Source of the DNA: a virus
Taxonomy: Duplodnaviria; Caudoviricetes
Strand: one strand, 5' to 3'
IMG/VR virus record: IMGVR_UViG_3300027770_000038
Coordinates: 48,806 to 112,805 of that record
DNA: 64,000 bases
The notes under the pieces are model-generated. The model searched no databases and had not been told where the DNA came from. It saw nothing but the letters and a program-made list of their open reading frames with translations. Both the position numbers and the translations under genes were made by a program. Positions 49,501-57,020 of the stretch are shown in pieces (the stretch's first letter is position 1; the number at the start of each line of letters is the position of its first letter).

Positions 49501-52500
49501 TCTCTTTAATTTGTCACCTTGAGGTACAATAACAGAAGAGTAAGAATTGACTCCTAGTCGTTTGGCGGTTTTTGAATATCGATCAAACATCTCTTGACCT
49601 TGACCCTTTTGATTAGATTCAATGTAGCTGATTTTTAAACCCTTTTCGTAACTACCTGTATTTGGATTGACAAAATTTCCGGGATAGTAATCCAAAATGC
49701 TTCCTGTTTCAGGATCAGTTAATGTTCTAAAATTATTCTTTTTATCATTTTCATATTGCTTTCTTTTCTTTAATTTATAAGCAAAATTAGGAACATGACC
49801 TTTAGAGAAAGTATCATATAACTCACTTATATAAATCTTACGCGCTTCGACATCTTTTACGAATTCTGGTACATCAGATCCATATATGCCAGTTAATTTA
49901 TCTAATATTGAAGAAAATATTTTTTTTCCAGTAAGAGTTTCCATTTCAAATGGACTTTTTTCAGTAGACGTTTTCATGAACTTCACACTTGAATCTTTAC
50001 TTATACCTCTTTCTCTGTACATTAACTGAGGATAAGATATTTTTAGAGCATCTCTAAGAGAGAGACCTTCAAGAATATGACGATTTTTCTTTTGGTATTC
50101 ATTTAAAAGATCATATTTTTCTTTGGGAACAATTTTATTTGTTTGTGGGAGAATTATACTGGAATAAGACCTACGTCCCGAACGCCTAGCTATTTTTCCA
50201 TATCGATCAAACATTTCATGACCTTGCCCTTTCTCATAAGAGTTAATAAAACCAAATTTTAAAACTTTTTCTGAGTCAACTACTCCGGGGGTATACTCTA
50301 AATAACTTCCTGTCTTTTTATCATGAATCTGTCTCTTCGAAGCGGATCTATTGAATCCCGGTTTAGATACTGCATAAGAAAAATTAGGGACATATCCATT
50401 AGAAAATAATCCCACTTCATATTCGCTCTTATAAATTGAATTATCAAAAATATCATTGAAGTCAAGCCCCATGCCCCTTCCTCCTCCGCTTTTGCTTTGT
50501 CTAAACATGACTTCTTTGACTTTTCTTTCGCCATATTTACGGTATAGGTCGTCATAAAGAGTCTCGTCACCTAAAAGTCTAGAATCGTTTACCATCATAC
50601 CAGAAGTTGCTCCAGAACGTCCGGCAAATTCCCTAGCCACTGATGGCCTTTTAGAGGTAGAAATAATAGGTAAACTACGGTCATATCCATAACCATACAT
50701 AAGTCTATAATTCCTCATGGCGGTTGGATGCAAAAGATCTTTTTTTTCTAAAGGATTACCTATATGGGTTGTGGCTAAATTTTTAAAAGAGGTTCCTATA
50801 AAAGATTCTTTAGGATTATATTCGGGTATTTGATTGGCGTAATCTGCTTGTGAGAATACAGCCTTTCTGACAGCGTTAGGATCGTTTCTGTCTATAGACC
50901 TCCATCTTTCCGAAGTCGCCTCTACGCCTCTATATAAAGCCGTTTTCCCTTTGTCTTTTTTAGGATTAGCAAGAACTGGGTGTGGAGATTTAGTAGTCGC
51001 CGCATTACGTTTATTTATATTAATTATAGCTCTTAATATCTCTATATCTTGATTTGCGAAATTAGGGACATATCCTTTAGAGAAAGTATCTTGTAAATCG
51101 TTTATACCTATATTTTTATGTAAAATCTCTTGGATTAAAGTATCTTTATTATTCCCGTAAACATCTTTTAATTTATTTTGTACTTGAGAGAGGATATCTT
51201 TACCAGAAAGGTCTTCGTATTTTAAAAATCCAGCATAATCGCGATAGTTTAGTGATAGTTTTGTGTTTTTAGACAAACCTCTTTGTCTGTAAGCCAACTG
51301 AGGATATGCCATTTTAACAATATCTTCAAACGAAGTGTCTTCAAGTATAGAATAATTTTTTATCTCGTCTGCGCTTAGTTTTTCCTTTAAATAACCATAT
51401 TTTTCTTTAGGAATTATTTTCCCTACTCTATCACCTTGTTCTACGAGGAGATCAGAAAAACCTTTAAGTTTTTGTCTCCTAGCCATTTTTGAAAACCTAT
51501 CAAACATCTCTTGGCCTTGACCTGTCTGCTTGGATCTAATATAGCTGACATTTAAAGATCTTTCTTGAGATTTTGTTTCTTTATTATAAAAATCTCCGGG
51601 ATAATATCTTAAATAACTTCCTGTTTCAGGATCTGTTAATTCTCTAGTAGATGTTTTACTATATACTGGTTTGTTTATTCTATAAGCGAAATTAGGAATG
51701 AAACCAGAAGCTAAATTTGGCAAAGATCCGGGAACAAAATCTGGCAATCTTGCCCTTAAAGCATTCAAGAAAGCTCCTGCTCTTGCTCCTCTATTTTGTC
51801 TAGAAACAAAACCTTGTTGACCTCTAACAGGAATACCAGCTACAGCATTTGGATTCTCAAGACTAGAAAAGAATGCCCCAGAATCACGATTCAAAGAAGC
51901 TAGTCTTTCCAAAGTTCCTGTGCTTGCCATTTCGGGGTCGAAGTATTTGTCAGCGAGCCAATCTCTTAACTTGGGAGAAATTTGGGCTGTTTTTTCTCCT
52001 AGGCTTGAAAATCTAAAATTAAAAGGCTTTGGAGCGAAATTAGGAATAAAACCAGAAGAATTGGTTTTAAGTCCGCTAGTAACGCTACCTGCTTTAATTT
52101 CTTGCTCTTTAAAGTGATTTCCTATCTGTTGACCATATTGTTTCGTGACTTTATCAATAAATGATCTTATAGCTTCATCATTATTTTTTAATTTATAATC
52201 TCCATATTGGTCTGTAAATCCGGGGAAAAGCTCTCTTACATTTGCAATACTTCCGCCTCTTACGTCAAAATCTCCTCCAGAATCAGCTTTATCTCTTGTA
52301 TAATTACCAGCTAAATTTGTAGAAGCTTCAAATATTGTACCAGCTAATACATTATAATTTTTACCTGCTGCTCCAAAAAAATTATCAACAGAAGTGTCTG
52401 AATATTCTCCGGGTCTAATGTAATTAGCAAGATCTTTAGTCATTTTACGAGAAAAATCTTGTGTTTTTTGAATTAGTCCAGTTTTTTCTTCATTTAAGGC

Positions 52501-54963
52501 TGAAGCATTTAGAGCATAAGATTTAATCTTAAAAATTCTTCCAGAAGTTTTTCTTTTAGTGGACATCTCTCCTGTTTTTTCCAAATCATCTTCATTGACA
52601 TCCCTCTCTGAACTCTTTTGCATTGCGTCAAAGACAAGCATTGAAGCGGGGGGAATATAAGGATCATAAACTTGTTTTATTCCTTCTTTAATCTTTTGTT
52701 CAGCTTCTATTTTTTTTCCGGGAGCGTAAGTAGCTCTAATATCATCCAAACCAAAAATTGTACCATCTGGTTTTCTTTTACCATATCTTTTATCGCTCAT
52801 CAAAATAGAAGCTGGCATTTCTGCTCTTATTTCTCCGTATTTCGCTCCTGCTCTTACAAAGTGATTTAAATCATTCCCTGTAAACGGCGCACCATCTTTT
52901 CTATAAAATCTTTCACCTTTCGGTCTAGATGGATCAAAAGCAGCCTCATATTTAGGGTCAAGTCTAATTTGAGCAAGAGGAACTGGATCACGACTTGCTC
53001 TGCGAAGCCATTCATTATCTCCATATCCATAAGCATCATTTTCTAATGGCATAGGACCAAAATTAGGCACAAAGCCTCTAGCCATATAAGGATTAATTCC
53101 ATTCTTCGCCATTGACTTTGAAGCCAAAGATTGTGCTGCGCGAGAACCTTCAGGAGGCAATATATAAGGTTGAGCAAAGCCGGGAATATATTTAACTTTT
53201 TCGGCAGTGTTCATCACGCCGCCAATTGATTTGGGGGCAGCAACTACTTTACCGGGAGTATAACCCCCTTGCATTGCTCCAACTTTTTCTGCGGCTTGTT
53301 GCTGGGCAGGAATAAATCCACCCGCAGAAACTCTTCCTTTGCTTTTGAATTGACCTTCTTGATCTATCACTACTCCAGAGACTATCATTCTCTTGGCTTG
53401 ACTCTCTGTAATATTTACAATAGTTTTAGCGAGAGCCGCTTGTTCGTATAATGTTTGTCTTATTTCTTTTTCTACTTGTAAACGAGTCTTGGTGCCAGAA
53501 AGTATTTGTTGAATTAGTTCTGGATTAGAAGAGAGGATTTTGCTAATCTCTCCTTGGAGAACAGCTTGTTGCCTACCAACGCTATTTAATCCCAAAATAT
53601 TTTTAGTAGCATCTCCAGCAAATTTAGTAAAATTACTTAGCAATTTCCCGACAGCAAGCCCACCAAGTAGCAAACCGGGGCCAGTGATAAAATCGGTAAT
53701 GCCTGTTAATAAACCAGTAGCTATCTTTGCCCCAACGCCTTCTGAATCTTTTTCATTGTAAGCGGATAAACTTTTGTTGACAGACTCTAAAACTTTTCTT
53801 ATTCCGGGAGCGACACTAGCATTTCCAATGGCTGAAGCAAATTGACTGAAATTAGCTGATGTTTCATTAATTAAAGCAGAAAGACTTTTATTTAAAGCAT
53901 CATTTTTTAAGATAGCTTCATCTGCTGCTTGAGAAGAGGCTCTTGTAGCTTCTGCGAAAGCGGAATTTTGTTTAGAAACGTCTGCCAAAGCAGCTTTTAA
54001 AATGTTGATCTGATAAACACCACCAACAAGTTCAGCAACTTGAGATTTGACAACTGGATTTAAACTTTGGAAAGACTGAGCTAAGTTTTCAATTACCTTA
54101 ATTGTCGGCAAAACATTTCCAGAAATATCAGTAACAGTAATACCAAAATCTTTCAAATCATTAATGACTTGAGGTCTTTCTATTCTTGTGAAAATTGTTT
54201 TTAAGGCGTTACCAATTACAGCACCACCACGGGCAGTAGTTTGCTGTACAGAAGTAACAATACCTAGCAATTCATCAAAACTAACTCCAGCTTCGCTGGC
54301 AGAAGATCCTACACGCTGGAGAGCTTCAGAAAGGTCTCTGGAGCTAACAGCGAATTTAGCATCAACAGCAGCAAGTTTATTAACGACATCAGTTGTAGTA
54401 AGAGCTTCTTTAGTAAATGAATTTACAGCAGCGGTAAGAGCTTCAGTACTTGAAACTACATCAAGACCAGAAAGGCGAGTTAAGATTAGAGCATCTCTTG
54501 TTCTCCTTAAAGTCTCTTCTAATCCTAAACCTTGTCTTGAAAACTCTGTTGCGGCAGCAGCTACGTCTTTAAAGGAAGAACCTGTACTTCTTGCTACTTC
54601 AAACAACTGATCTCCAAATTGCTTTATCCCTTTAGCAGAAGTGTTTAATACAATATTGATATCAATAAGAGACTTTTCTACTTCGATAGTACTGGTTACA
54701 AGAGCAGAAAAAGACTTTTGAACTGCAAAAATAACACCAGCAGAAGCACCGAATGCAACTACACGGGCATTTGAAGCTTCTAAAGATTTGTTAAACTCAT
54801 TAGCAAGGCCAGTAATTTTACCCAGAGGCTGAGTGAAATTTCTCGTATTTAAATTAAGTGTGCTTTTGCTTTGGATACGAGTTAACGCTGATAACACATC
54901 TTTTTCAAGCTGTGCTGCGTTAAATGTTGCTGTAATTGGAATTGATCCTGCTGATGTAGCCAT
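43561..54963 (-). CDS. Tail tape measure protein (3800 aa) with internal motif-delimited enzyme-like cassettes
   Basis: N-terminal TP901-type core ('EFSRQG', 'FAVSSRDLSEAL', 'GAVIGNALKTIFTRI'), long helical regions, C-terminal 'D.VPAM..GGEYV' repeats. Lies after the tail tube and chaperone genes. Confidence 0.92.
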   Translation of the reverse strand: MATSAGSIPITATFNAAQLEKDVLSALTRIQSKSTLNLNTRNFTQPLGKITGLANEFNKSLEASNARVVAFGASAGVIFAVQKSFSALVTSTIEVEKSLIDINIVLNTSAKGIKQFGDQLFEVARSTGSSFKDVAAAATEFSRQGLGLEETLRRTRDALILTRLSGLDVVSSTEALTAAVNSFTKEALTTTDVVNKLAAVDAKFAVSSRDLSEALQRVGSSASEAGVSFDELLGIVTSVQQTTARGGAVIGNALKTIFTRIERPQVINDLKDFGITVTDISGNVLPTIKVIENLAQSFQSLNPVVKSQVAELVGGVYQINILKAALADVSKQNSAFAEATRASSQAADEAILKNDALNKSLSALINETSANFSQFASAIGNASVAPGIRKVLESVNKSLSAYNEKDSEGVGAKIATGLLTGITDFITGPGLLLGGLAVGKLLSNFTKFAGDATKNILGLNSVGRQQAVLQGEISKILSSNPELIQQILSGTKTRLQVEKEIRQTLYEQAALAKTIVNITESQAKRMIVSGVVIDQEGQFKSKGRVSAGGFIPAQQQAAEKVGAMQGGYTPGKVVAAPKSIGGVMNTAEKVKYIPGFAQPYILPPEGSRAAQSLASKSMAKNGINPYMARGFVPNFGPMPLENDAYGYGDNEWLRRASRDPVPLAQIRLDPKYEAAFDPSRPKGERFYRKDGAPFTGNDLNHFVRAGAKYGEIRAEMPASILMSDKRYGKRKPDGTIFGLDDIRATYAPGKKIEAEQKIKEGIKQVYDPYIPPASMLVFDAMQKSSERDVNEDDLEKTGEMSTKRKTSGRIFKIKSYALNASALNEEKTGLIQKTQDFSRKMTKDLANYIRPGEYSDTSVDNFFGAAGKNYNVLAGTIFEASTNLAGNYTRDKADSGGDFDVRGGSIANVRELFPGFTDQYGDYKLKNNDEAIRSFIDKVTKQYGQQIGNHFKEQEIKAGSVTSGLKTNSSGFIPNFAPKPFNFRFSSLGEKTAQISPKLRDWLADKYFDPEMASTGTLERLASLNRDSGAFFSSLENPNAVAGIPVRGQQGFVSRQNRGARAGAFLNALRARLPDFVPGSLPNLASGFIPNFAYRINKPVYSKTSTRELTDPETGSYLRYYPGDFYNKETKSQERSLNVSYIRSKQTGQGQEMFDRFSKMARRQKLKGFSDLLVEQGDRVGKIIPKEKYGYLKEKLSADEIKNYSILEDTSFEDIVKMAYPQLAYRQRGLSKNTKLSLNYRDYAGFLKYEDLSGKDILSQVQNKLKDVYGNNKDTLIQEILHKNIGINDLQDTFSKGYVPNFANQDIEILRAIININKRNAATTKSPHPVLANPKKDKGKTALYRGVEATSERWRSIDRNDPNAVRKAVFSQADYANQIPEYNPKESFIGTSFKNLATTHIGNPLEKKDLLHPTAMRNYRLMYGYGYDRSLPIISTSKRPSVAREFAGRSGATSGMMVNDSRLLGDETLYDDLYRKYGERKVKEVMFRQSKSGGGRGMGLDFNDIFDNSIYKSEYEVGLFSNGYVPNFSYAVSKPGFNRSASKRQIHDKKTGSYLEYTPGVVDSEKVLKFGFINSYEKGQGHEMFDRYGKIARRSGRRSYSSIILPQTNKIVPKEKYDLLNEYQKKNRHILEGLSLRDALKISYPQLMYRERGISKDSSVKFMKTSTEKSPFEMETLTGKKIFSSILDKLTGIYGSDVPEFVKDVEARKIYISELYDTFSKGHVPNFAYKLKKRKQYENDKKNNFRTLTDPETGSILDYYPGNFVNPNTGSYEKGLKISYIESNQKGQGQEMFDRYSKTAKRLGVNSYSSVIVPQGDKLKRVIPQKQYALLRDKDKEKHYVLEETSIEDIVKIAYPQLSYRQKGLSKSTNLKFSNRNYVGRMEEEEIFGKNILSLVQGKIKDLYKNDKQSFIDAVIDGDLAIEALVDTFSKGHIPNFNAVQEAIGREMAAGYSSSQVKVGQSSKLKTSFNPMGLGVYNSTEGSLNGGIGLAEKAGINPKTKGMSAKGHIPNFAEFGGVDATISVGALMLFYSAIKDITGEFKNFKDSLAAVKKEQISAVNSYSQSIGEIPKSLAKKEAAIQNEIQSTFTNVDERLRLTGTSTGALVNGPFTMDPLSRKLSRTPQAASAEQVARLDELRKQLAEERKQTAVKLKEARASRQEATDNFKRTQDPIFGKGMFQGGSKFSTLSKTMGPSVGFLGSSLANIVSEFIPKENRTAKAAASGIGDVLSSVGAGAAFGLPGMAVGGVYGLVQLFRKLEESKAAEAIEKINNNLEITKQKASDFSGAAQNYATSLEGLQSALNDPKAKPATLLKFQTNLTEALSSIPDEFRNKVLQAGADITKVSEAIAGVNKELGNTQKNLERQLAISSVIKDSSSIFGNASVSGKDQKSLNALFSSSIDAESVAKNFKGDSATEDLNSFFEKLTKQATFTQSVYSYGVKTGEQPALNRQSVGDVKAQLKNKGILTESIADILDSAFGKLDVTAVKSIIDVLQKQSLAIVDSAKKVKILSEISDVNTKRILANAEALKTLNNQYNDINLQISNQIDIEKNRAKTIREINKIQAEGVVSTQRARVKGALDAFTPFVGEGAKNDIQNQLDVNEINTRQNSQIRDATGKFLDSLSDSITKKAEEARSKIVPAIEGARDDKAIQKERSVFQQQINNLTPLISEGLRQVNAGGDVSTITQSLKKRIIESTGPEKAFTKETSELLIQSLDSSFSELQNELARIKAQGDVDLDIQKASREYQKQSLALNQRLSFAGGAQALGSTGKSGVSDLFDSLSELVSEFRQTNAIGSAAQKGSTSFKFLDVLTNQLQLNRGTETPAGFANAQSFNKQVSSDLNPLAATAIAGRVKQIRDSLNLAKDLTEIQTGKSTEGTALGTAFDQANQGAVKTALDQIASQFKLENMGTYLDVLQQEARYLNDLTQKQNELLASALPTSINENFNKVITTQVGSKLDELTGSLTGVINKLSTNTQRATLLSERSNLLPIAAPDIRRAISDKIDQTGDLTNLPKEVKFIDNIERKLSTTAQIKDIESYLESLKTIKQAEVQPLIQPKELQIYQPPTAMDEILTGLQRYQTEEEAVQSSRKSAQISYEAETKLKEAKSTVANSKYEGMDTRQLEQLLGNLKGDMNRFNEPGKQDYLTTTYEGLAKQIFREFGQQMSIEDLKSLKENSRRQRSLEAESPLMSGKKTTTDAQKQFKFYEFNSQPNPQVPEELARTRANVNQVNARGAIRTRNAEELAALNKEVEGLLAQKNQNAEQEARLLKKQIELREKGLQVENDNAKYNFDLYYKKAYGKKFFKDERAAFANAEIESEARQGNVDIGAITEKNTTYNRADFAKDTGQLIDTFQTDFKSGIGSAFGEAIKGTKTLKDAFRDMFQGILNRMLDKSLEMGVDALFAFGKAYATGRKDGGPIKGYNSGGMVTGGSGMKDDVPAMMSGGEYVIKKSSVDKYGTDYLRNLNGGAVPRYATGGFSIGPLQNEFLYDNPDRPTSGEYAVDSRLSAAALTDDSNPQNKLREDRYEKLDQYLQDRAQYERDKKQSIKNYKNQVNSTFYSGLTAAAVQIGAAGLTAGAESLRKSPTPSNIPGAGLEPGGSGFSQAELNSQYKKYGRANGGYIAKFAGGGSTGQDNIPALLMGGEYVMNKKAVDMYGKDFMGQLNSGSLPKYASGGMVGTSYSGQSNTDQSSSMDELVTALNTLNDNLSKDSGITQSESGRSSLAGATQESGMSVVNNISINMSQGGEVTSEANSSTQKGASNSKTDQNSMQNNGKLAELLRSKVVEVLVEQKRPGGLLYSSR
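48925..53076 (-). repeat. Eight dispersed copies of the peptide motif G[FYH][IV]PNF[AGSN] in the tape measure protein
   Basis: Copies at 53056-53076, 52033-52053, 51685-51705, 51055-51075, 50377-50397, 49780-49800, 49150-49170 and 48925-48945. All share the DNA core CCTAATTT on the coding strand. Confidence 0.95.
49171..51684 (-). repeat. Three paralogous ~200-aa GNAT-like domains inside the tape measure protein
   Basis: Units at 51076-51684, 49801-50376 and 49171-49779 share 'D..TGS.L.Y.PG', 'I.S...GQG.EMFDR..K.A.R', 'YPQL.YR..G.SK' and 'DTFSKG'. Confidence 0.9.
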
Positions 54964-54981
54964 ATATCCTTAAACCTAAGA

Positions 54982-54991
54982 ATAATTACAC
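54982..54991 (-). promoter_or_regulatory. GTGTAA-type candidate late promoter of the tape measure gene
   Basis: GTGTAATTAT followed by an AAGGA ribosome-binding site and the ATG at 54963. Confidence 0.6.
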
Positions 54992-56008
54992 TTAAACACC
55001 GTGTAACTTCATTAAATCTTCAAAGCTTAATGAGCCACCTTTTTTCTTCGCCGCATCTTCCAAAGAAACACTTCCAGTGTTGTCTTGTTTTAATTTCTTT
55101 AGGTCTTCCTTTGTGGCTCCCATGACAGAAACGGCTTGGACAGCAGTCTCTTTACCGTTAGTCATGTTCTTATCTTCGTGTAATTTTTCAAGATTGCTAC
55201 TAGACTCATACCAATCTATAATCTTGTCTACATTATCATTATACTCATCAGGGTGCTTAACTGTAGACTTGCCCATTAAATCTTTAAAGTACCTTGCATA
55301 ACCAAATAGCTCGACCTGATAAAATGTTAAATTGCAAATAGGTTTGCCATAGAAGAAATAAGCATTGTCATCACATAAATAAAAATAATTAAGGAAAAAT
55401 CCGCTAACCCCAATTCTTTTTACGTTATGATTATTAAATTTATGAGCAGACTTAGAATAAGAACTAACTAATCTAAATAACTCATTTTGATCTAGTTCTT
55501 CAAATTCTTCTAATGTAAAAGCGTGATTTTGGCAATTTTCGTCAGAGTAAACCGAATAATAAATGTAAAACTCATTCATCCGTTTACCAGTGTATGTTTC
55601 GCAAGTGTTTTCTAACAAATCATTTTTCTTAGTCTCTAGCAGACTTGTTTCTTCATTAATTTCTTTTATTTGTTTGTCAATGTTATCAAGGTCTCTAGTT
55701 AAATAAAGCTTGCGTCTAGTCTTGTTTAAATTGGCAAGGGTTAATCTATTGTTTATTATTTTCTGATCGTCTTTTTCGTCATAGATTTTTTCTTTAATAA
55801 GTTCTTTTATCTTTTCTTCATTTGTGGGTATGCCTTGTGATCTAGCTTTTTCGTAATAGTGATTTTCGCGCACTTCGATCTCTCCTGCATCTTTTGGAGA
55901 CATGTGCTTTATATAATACTGATTATTGTTACAGAGAAAAGAAGATGAGCCCTTTACTATTTCCCAATAAAGAGATTTTAAATTTTTATTAAAAGCTTCT
56001 AGATCCAT
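54992..56008 (-). CDS. Putative tail assembly chaperone (GT-like)
   Basis: Immediately upstream of the tape measure gene. The N-terminal two-thirds is similar to 56062-56802, followed by an extra C-terminal domain ('HPDEYNDNVDKIIDWY'). Confidence 0.55.
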   Translation of the reverse strand: MDLEAFNKNLKSLYWEIVKGSSSFLCNNNQYYIKHMSPKDAGEIEVRENHYYEKARSQGIPTNEEKIKELIKEKIYDEKDDQKIINNRLTLANLNKTRRKLYLTRDLDNIDKQIKEINEETSLLETKKNDLLENTCETYTGKRMNEFYIYYSVYSDENCQNHAFTLEEFEELDQNELFRLVSSYSKSAHKFNNHNVKRIGVSGFFLNYFYLCDDNAYFFYGKPICNLTFYQVELFGYARYFKDLMGKSTVKHPDEYNDNVDKIIDWYESSSNLEKLHEDKNMTNGKETAVQAVSVMGATKEDLKKLKQDNTGSVSLEDAAKKKGGSLSFEDLMKLHGV

Positions 56009-56013
56009 ATGCT

Positions 56014-56039
56014 AAAAAGCCCCCGCTCGCGCAGGGGCT
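56014..56039 (-). terminator. Intrinsic terminator between the two chaperone genes
   Basis: On -: AGCCCCTGC-GCGA-GCGGGGGCT-TTTT (GC stem, GNRA loop, short U tract). Confidence 0.75.
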
Positions 56040-56061
56040 AGGATTAATTTACGCCAAGGGA

Positions 56062-56802
56062 TCAAAAAATCTTTTGTTCTATTTTTAACAAATCGAAATC
56101 TTCCTTTGATGTTGCTCTTCCGATGTACCAGAAGCTAATAAAATAAATAAAAGCATTAGCTACTTTAATCATATGAGGGTCTTCTGATTCAAAAATTTCG
56201 TCATACTTATTCATTCGAGCTTCGTAATTTCCTTCACCAAAAAATGGTTGTTTTTCCCCGTTTTTCTCATAGTATGACAAAAATAATATCCACCAAGTTA
56301 TTACTTTATTACGAGCCCTTGTCTCTGCGGTATTATCAAACAGAGATTCTTTTTGGACTTCTAGATCAGTCAAAGAGCTTTTAATAATAGTAATTTTTTC
56401 TTCTAATTCTTTCTTCTTGGTTTCAAAATACTCTGGACGATCCTTCTCTTCTAAAGCCAGAAGCCTCTGTAATTCATTTTGAGAATCATACAGGTCTTTA
56501 TAAGCATCTGCTTCGGCACCTTTAGCTTTATCCCCTAAAATACCGCCATCATCGACGTATCTTTTATTTAACAAAGATCGGGTAAGGAGGCCAGCTTTAA
56601 CGCCTTCAGAAAGCCTAACTCCATAAAATAATTCAGCTTCGTCAAACAAAACTCTTGTGGGTTTCTTAATAAAGTAATTATGAGGAACTTGAGATACAAC
56701 ATCTTTGGTAATAGTTACCTTTTGTCCTTCTTCGTTTACCGACTCTTCTGTTTCTTTTACAAGCCCTTCTTTATTAATTGCAAATTCGTATGTAGTCTTC
56801 AT
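56062..56802 (-). CDS. Putative tail assembly chaperone (G-like)
   Basis: Lies between the tail tube and tape measure genes. Charged and helical. Paralog of the downstream gene. Confidence 0.55.
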   Translation of the reverse strand: MKTTYEFAINKEGLVKETEESVNEEGQKVTITKDVVSQVPHNYFIKKPTRVLFDEAELFYGVRLSEGVKAGLLTRSLLNKRYVDDGGILGDKAKGAEADAYKDLYDSQNELQRLLALEEKDRPEYFETKKKELEEKITIIKSSLTDLEVQKESLFDNTAETRARNKVITWWILFLSYYEKNGEKQPFFGEGNYEARMNKYDEIFESEDPHMIKVANAFIYFISFWYIGRATSKEDFDLLKIEQKIF

Positions 56803-57020
56803 TATAAATTTATATTATTTAGATCTTCTTCAAAATTTCTGATGCTATCGTTGCCGCTGTCTAGTATTTTCTTTCTTAGACGTTGGTACTTTTCATCATT
56901 AATATTATAACCATCTTCCTTTAAATCTTCAAGTAAGATTAAGAAGTTTTTATATAAATTTACGACTTGTCGCCTATTCTTAAATAGGACGTACTCTTTT
57001 AGCTTAATATCTATTGCCAT
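56802..57020 (-). CDS. Small hypothetical protein
   Basis: 72-aa ORF with AAAGG upstream, TAATG-coupled to the next gene. Confidence 0.7.
   Translation of the reverse strand: MAIDIKLKEYVLFKNRRQVVNLYKNFLILLEDLKEDGYNINDEKYQRLRKKILDSGNDSIRNFEEDLNNINL

Noticed and set aside
48925-53076. CRISPR-like or DNA-level repeat array at the CCTAATTT repeats
   Set aside because: Spacing is irregular (about 225-1020 nt), all copies are in frame, and neighbouring codons vary synonymously. The conservation is mainly at the peptide level.
56008-56070. Programmed -1 frameshift at ATT-TTT-TGA joining the two chaperone genes
   Set aside because: The downstream ORF is in the -1 frame, but that frame has a TAG at 56012-56014 before the ATG, and there is no canonical slippery heptamer.
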